From the human T2T-CHM13v2.0 reference genome, Homo sapiens, in the NCBI RefSeq assembly GCF_009914755.1, contig NC_060930.1: DNA of 64,000 bases; one strand, given 5' to 3'. A model generated the notes under the pieces. The model saw only the letters and a program-made list of their open reading frames with translations. It ran no database searches and was not told where the DNA came from. The first letter of the stretch is position 1. Each line of letters begins with the position of its first letter. Below are positions 58,141 through 64,000 of the stretch, in pieces. The position numbers were made by a program, and so were the translations under genes.

Positions 58141-59604
58141 TAGGTATTTATGTACATCTCAGTAAAGCCTGCTCCTCGTGGTCATAGTTCACTTTCTATC
58201 TCTAGAATCACACTTGAGCCCCTCGTGACTCTAATTTTGTACTGAAAATATGAAATAACTCACTTCTATAGTCCCAAAGTCAGATTTAGAATAAGTATGT
58301 TTTAGGATTATTAGTCATACAAATACTTACTGATTTGTTCTCCATACCTCAATTTAAACCATAAAATGAAGCTGCAAAATGTTTGTAAATTTTCAAATGT
58401 CTGGGCTACTCATTCTTATCCATGTTCACATTGTGGGTATACATTTTTGTGCATGTGTTATATATAAACTGGAGCTCTCTCCATTTCTACCTCTGCTCTC
58501 AAACATATACCTTAGGAAGGAGAAATCATAAGGAATTTGATTGGAAATACTACTTTGCAGGAAGGGAAACTAAGGCTAAGCAATTTATACTTAGTATGAT
58601 GTCTTTTATAATGACACCACACTCAGTGGGGCATAATATTAAAAAAAAAAAAAAAAAAAAGCCTCTTAGAAGAATAATGGTGGAGTCTATTGTCCTAAAA
58701 AGGACAGGACAAAATAAAGCTAAATAACCATAGCCTTTCATTTCACATGTGCATATATATATATCTGTCATGAGACATATATATATGCATTTGCTTTGAA
58801 TACGAGATTTCATTTTCTAATCTTAGTGACCACTTTGATGAAGATTAACTACCAGATGATCTAGTGTGAAAAAAAGCAAATTTTCCTTTGGAGTATGTAC
58901 TGAACCTGAACTGAAACTCATATTTACTTATAATCATGTAATTAGAATGCATCCCATCTTCCTGAACAAATGAGATCCTTATAAACATTTAAACTAAGTC
59001 AGAGGTGCCATTTGAGTTGGTAGGCATGGAACAGACCAAAAAGGGAAACTTCTACCTGCTGAGGAAAGTAATAAGATTTCCTGAAAAGGGGATAAAGGAC
59101 TGAAATAAGAAACATGAAAAAGGACTTCTTTAGGAAAATGTGATTTTTCAAATGAAAGAAGGAAGTTGTAAAGGAGGAAATTTTGCAAGGACTTAAGTGT
59201 GGAAATATAAAGAAGTAACTACATTAACTACACTGCAAATAGTTCCAATCTCCTTCTTTCTGGTTGTATTACCACCTAGAAATTTGCCCATCTCCTTATG
59301 ACCTTTGCATATCAAAACGTTTAATGTGGAGGCTGATAATTGAAGGTGGTGTAAGTTAGGAGGATAGACTGAGAAATGGACAGAAGAGATGATAGGGTAT
59401 CCTTTCAGTGGGATATGGGGTGATTTTAGACCTTTTGGGGGATAATCCAATTTAAGAGTATACTAAGCTATTTTGCTACTCAATAGGGGTAGGAAACTGA
59501 TCACTTATAGGAAACTACAGGTAATTCAGATGAATCTTTTCCATAACTATGCAAATAAAATTGATACTTTAGAAATACAATCAATTTAAAGGTTTATATT
59601 TCAT

Positions 59605-59935
59605 AGTCTCAAAGTGTGATTCACCGTCCACATGTGACCCAGAGATCCATTCCAGAGGCCTAAAAGATCAAAACTATTTACATAATAATACTATGATGTA
59701 TCTGCCTTTTTCACTTCTACTCTTTTACAAGTTTACAGTGGAGTTGTCCAGCTACAGACATATGATATCACCACAGATGATTGCCAAGGCAAATATGAGA
59801 TTCCAGATGTTTTCTATTAAGCTAGACATTAAGGAGACTTGCAAAAATGTAAAACAATGCCACCCTTCTCACTGCATTTGTGTCAGTTTTAGAAAATATG
59901 ACCAATTTTCATAAATATATTACTTAAATTATAAT
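59605..59935 (+). mobile_element. Charlie1-family hAT fragment (Charlie1b-like)
   Basis: 'tcaaaactatttacataataatacta', 'ctattaagctagacattaaggagacttgcaaaaatgtaaaacaatgccac'. Confidence 0.65.
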
Positions 59936-59939
59936 ATAA

Positions 59940-60330
59940 AGTACTATCTGCCACCTCAAGATTATATTGTCATTATATTTCTTCTAGTAGTTCAGTGTTT
60001 CAATTTTCTATTATTAATTTTCAGTACATTTGGAACTTACTCTGCCGTGTGGCATGAGGTAGGGATCTAACTTTTTTTTCCAAGCCATCAGCCAGCTCAT
60101 TTACTAAATAATCTTTTCTTTCTCAGTCATTTAAAATGGCACCTCTATCATATATTAGAGTCCTTTATATACTTATATGTTTCTGGATCTTCTAGTGTAT
60201 TACATTAATTTGCCTCTATCCTAATACCAGTAATAAACTTTAAAAATTATTAAGATTGTATAATCTATTTTAATGTATAGTACGGCAAGGAAACCCTCAC
60301 TATTCTTTCTCGCATTTCTTTCCCAAAAAA
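59940..60330 (-). mobile_element. Old L1 (L1ME-like) fragment
   Basis: 'ggcatgaggtagggatctaac', 'catttactaaataatc', 'ttctggatcttcta'. Confidence 0.55.
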
Positions 60331-63119
60331 CATTCCTCTTAAAGAAAGCAAATATGTTCAAAAATTGCAAGTAAATGTATGAATTATGTGTAAGCTGTTA
60401 GCAAAGCATTGAGTAGTCTTTAGATGGAGTTGAAACTCAGTCTACTAAAACCCCAAAACCCATAATGAGCAACTACTATGTGCCACATAGGTGCTTTTTA
60501 AAGCTTTAAAAAGTGCTTTTTATTAACATATATGTTGGTTTTGGTATAAGCAATTTTTCTTAGCATCTCAACTCATGTTTTAGTCTTGCATGGAATATAA
60601 GATATCCAAAAAGTATTAATGTATCATTTCAAGATTTATCTATATTTAGTTTTTCCCAAATCACAAGCCACTATTTTTATAATTAATTATTAGTTTGAAA
60701 AGAACAAGAGTTCTAATATATTTTTCATTTTCAGCAAGATTGCTATCTGGTGTGCTAATTATAACAATTATTGTTGTTCAAAAACAAAGCACCACAATTT
60801 TCTCTGTTCCATTTTGGGCGATTAGGTTGTCAGGAATATGTAGAAACTTGTCTTGGAAGTTTCCTCACCTATTCCTTTGTAACAGCAGTGAAGAATGGCT
60901 TGATAAGAGACAACACAAATTGGCAATGTCATAAAAGATTTCATTCTCTAAAATCATATGTTAATTTTTTGCGTAAAAGATGATACATATTAACAAATAA
61001 CAATTAACTACCTTAAGTGTAAACAAATGCAGAAAAGCAGCAACAGTAATAGCTGTACCATTTTAGGAACATTTGAGTGGCTACTCTATAGTTCCCTGTC
61101 ATTCAAATTATTCATCCATTTATTTGTACTAAATATTTTCTTAATGTCTCTTTTAAAAGATTTTAATGGTTTTTTTAGTTTAATTTATGTAATATGAAGC
61201 TACATATATAATATCTATATGTTTCTTTATACAAATGTTTCTTTACTCAGTTCTTCAGGCTTTCTATATAAAATGTCTTAGCATAGCTAAGTTATTCCAC
61301 ATTTTACTGCCTTTGAAATTCCAAGAAGGGTTTCCTGTACTCTGTTGGCCCTTTTTCACTTTCTTTCTGTTCTTTTTCCCCTCAGATTCTCCTGGGCAGT
61401 AATATCAAATAGCCATGAGGACATCTGATATTTCCAGAGAGAGGATTTTGTTGTTGGTGGAGGGGGGGAAAAACAACAAAAGACCTTTTTGGAAACAGGA
61501 AATCATTTTAAATTGACCACATTTAGCATTCCAAAGCTAGAAGCTTTGGAAAGTTTTATTTTATTGCTTTTTGATGTCAGCCTAATGCAGGGTTCCATAC
61601 TTAGTCTGGATGTCTTAGAATTATTACTTTAGAAAGCGATGCATAAAAACATTCTGCAGAATTGCAGCCTTATGTATGTGCCAATAGTTCTATCCACCTA
61701 TCTATCTAGTTCCTCCTAAATAAGCTTTGTATATAAAACAAGACTTATATATTGCAAACAAATTCAACGAGTGATAATAAGCAGTGATTTATAGTATAAG
61801 ATGAAGGAAACTATACTGGTACTCTGTGGATAATTATTTTAATATATGATATATTTGGATTTATGGGCTTGCTTCTAGATATGCAAATTACTTCTATGAA
61901 TTATAAAATGTTTAGAAGACAATAAACATGACAACATAATTATAATGTGTTAATTTAGTTTATATGGAGACAATTGACAATAACATTACTTTGACCCAAG
62001 TAATCCATGTTTAAGTCATAGAATCTATAGAAAACTGATTGAAATATAATTAAAGAGAGATAGATAACATTCCCTCTATACTTTGCTTCTCTCTACTCAA
62101 AGTGTGAAATCTTAGACAACAGAGAAGAAAATTAGTAAATTACCCTTTTCCCAATTTTTAAATTTTTGGTTGCAATGGGCAGAACTTGTGGAGAAAGTTG
62201 AAACACAGGCTAAGTGCTCATCATTTTTGGAAGATCTTTTTTAATGCATTCTAGGATTACTTAAGTTCCTTTTACATGACCATATGGGAAACTAAAGGAA
62301 AACCAAAGATACATCAGCATTTATTTCCTATATGTATCATGTATACATGAGGCAGATAAAGAATTACCATCTCCTCTGGTAAACTGAATTTGTACCTGCC
62401 TAAGAGAGAATGAATGACTCTACAATCAAATACTCCAAGGCTTGAGCATCCTGGCATCAATAACAGTCAAGAGAGCCCGCCCAAAGGGAAAGTGGAGTCC
62501 AGCACACTGTAATCTGCTTCCACCCATGAAAGGCACTGAAGAGAACATCAGGCCCTGTGTTATTACATAGGTCAAATTCCCAATGCTATTATGGGAAGCT
62601 CTGAACACAGTGGTTGTTTGGAGGAGCTCCAGAGGAAGTGCCTCTCCTTACCCCATTGTATGTTCTTGTCACAGAAATCCCATCTGTAGTATTCACTATT
62701 GTATCTACAGTGTGTACAACATTGTGATGTTCAATGAATTGAGAATATAATAAATGTTATAAACTGACCCATAGTGATAATCACACTGAGCATTCCAGTC
62801 TCAAAGAGACCCAGGGTCAAGCTGAAGATTTTATAGGGCTCTACTGGGAGATGACCATCACAAGAGCTATGCCTGGCAAGAATCCACTAGTAACCACAAG
62901 TCACTGAGTACAGAGGGAAGTATGAGAGACAGCAGAAGGAGACCTGCCTTGGGTTGCATCTTTTGCTAACCGGAATTGCCTTTGAAAGCCTAAATCCCAA
63001 AGCATAGTTCCCTGCTCTCTGCTGTGTTGCAAAGATTTTAAGTGGCAGATTTGGAATTGAAGGGACAAAGGGAAAAGTGTAGAAAAAGCAAGTGACTCAT
63101 AGTGTGCCACTCAATTTAG

Positions 63120-63225
63120 AGCAATGTAGCATGCACTTTTTGTGGATTCACTATGAGTTTGGCAAAGTTGTTAATCCACATCTCTTTTTGTGTCTCAGTT
63201 TTACACATCTATAACTTTAATTGTC
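63120..63225 (+). mobile_element. MIR fragment
   Basis: 'ttggcaaagttgttaa..tctctttttgtgtctcagttttacacatctataa'. Confidence 0.5.
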
Positions 63226-64000
63226 AGCTCTCTGAGGTTTGGGGGAAGGACTGACTTAACCCACATAAACCTGGATTATACCAGAATCAATGATTCCATT
63301 ACTGAAGAGTTTTTAAGATCAATAAGTTGCTCTGGGTTAATTACACAAGGACATGCATAAACATGGTTCAGAGTATCCATTTCATATTTTTTTTCCTGAA
63401 GCATTCCCTGGCTGGAAACTCTACTTATGTTCATTTTCTCCAGCTCATTCCCTCACACTAGGTACCTCCATTCAAAAAAGATCCATCTATGTAAAGGTCA
63501 TTTTCATTATATTACAATGAAATTCATTCCAGGAATAGCGGTATTCACAGGCTGCTATAATAGTTGTTACAGGTGGATTTCCTGCTGAAGAGTCATATTC
63601 TCCTAAAAGGAGGTTACAAATTTCAAGGAAAGCAAGCTCTGCTAGCTAGACTGACAAGTCCTGAAATGGGTATTGCCAGGTGAAATTGTCTTCTTCATCC
63701 TAAACCACTGTTTACCAAAGAATGTGGACTGCCTGTTGAAAATTACAGCCTCAGAGTTTCCTTGGACTATGCTAGAGGCAGATTTTCCAAGTTCAGTGTT
63801 CTCAGTGTGCCAGCTTAACCTCTTAAGTTCATACTGTGTGATAAGTGAGAGCCCCGTGTAAATCCTCTTGGCTACTCTTTTTTTTTTTCCTGAAGAATCC
63901 ACATCTTTACACTTAAAAATGAGTTTTCTGGGATTGTGAACTGCTCAATCATTGGAAATGTGTTCACAGAACTAATCAAGTGAAAAAAAGTGGTGGCTGT

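Noticed and set aside
58750-58790. ~40-bp near-palindrome (possible miRNA-like hairpin)
   Set aside because: Stem is mostly (AT)n, self-complementary by low complexity

Overview
Eukaryotic, primate (very probably human) genomic DNA: AT-rich, CpG-poor and roughly half interspersed repeats. It reads as a large intron or intergenic region. I find no intact protein-coding gene: the ORF track is explained by repeats, a pseudogene or chance. Firm landmarks are: a 5'-truncated, young SVA (SVA_E/F-like, minus strand, 15281-16659) with a perfect 15-bp TSD; a processed HMGB3 pseudogene (minus, ~37184-39183) inserted into a MER33 and itself interrupted by a MER1A; a primate L1 (minus, ~41421-45658) with an Alu inside; a full-length THE1 MaLR provirus with TSD (51702-53949); a near-complete Cheshire/MER58-type hAT transposon with transposase remnants and 8-bp TSD (55110-57939); solo LTRs (LTR8, THE1D, MLT2, MLT1, LTR16, MER34/39-like, MER74-like); 15 Alus; and L2/MIR fragments. 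The most interesting unexplained signals are: (i) a THE1D LTR with an intact DUX4 motif and splice donor pointing into a cluster of minus-strand exon-like segments (8.7-9.6 kb); (ii) a recursive-splice-site-like AG|GTAAG next to a long UG repeat (8.35 kb); (iii) a ~90-bp dispersed duplicate (2.55 kb and 5.72 kb) sitting beside a perfect hairpin; (iv) the SVA as a possible polymorphic or exon-trapping insertion. These are hypotheses from sequence alone. Repeat family names come from recalled consensus sequences, and boundaries of old repeats are approximate.
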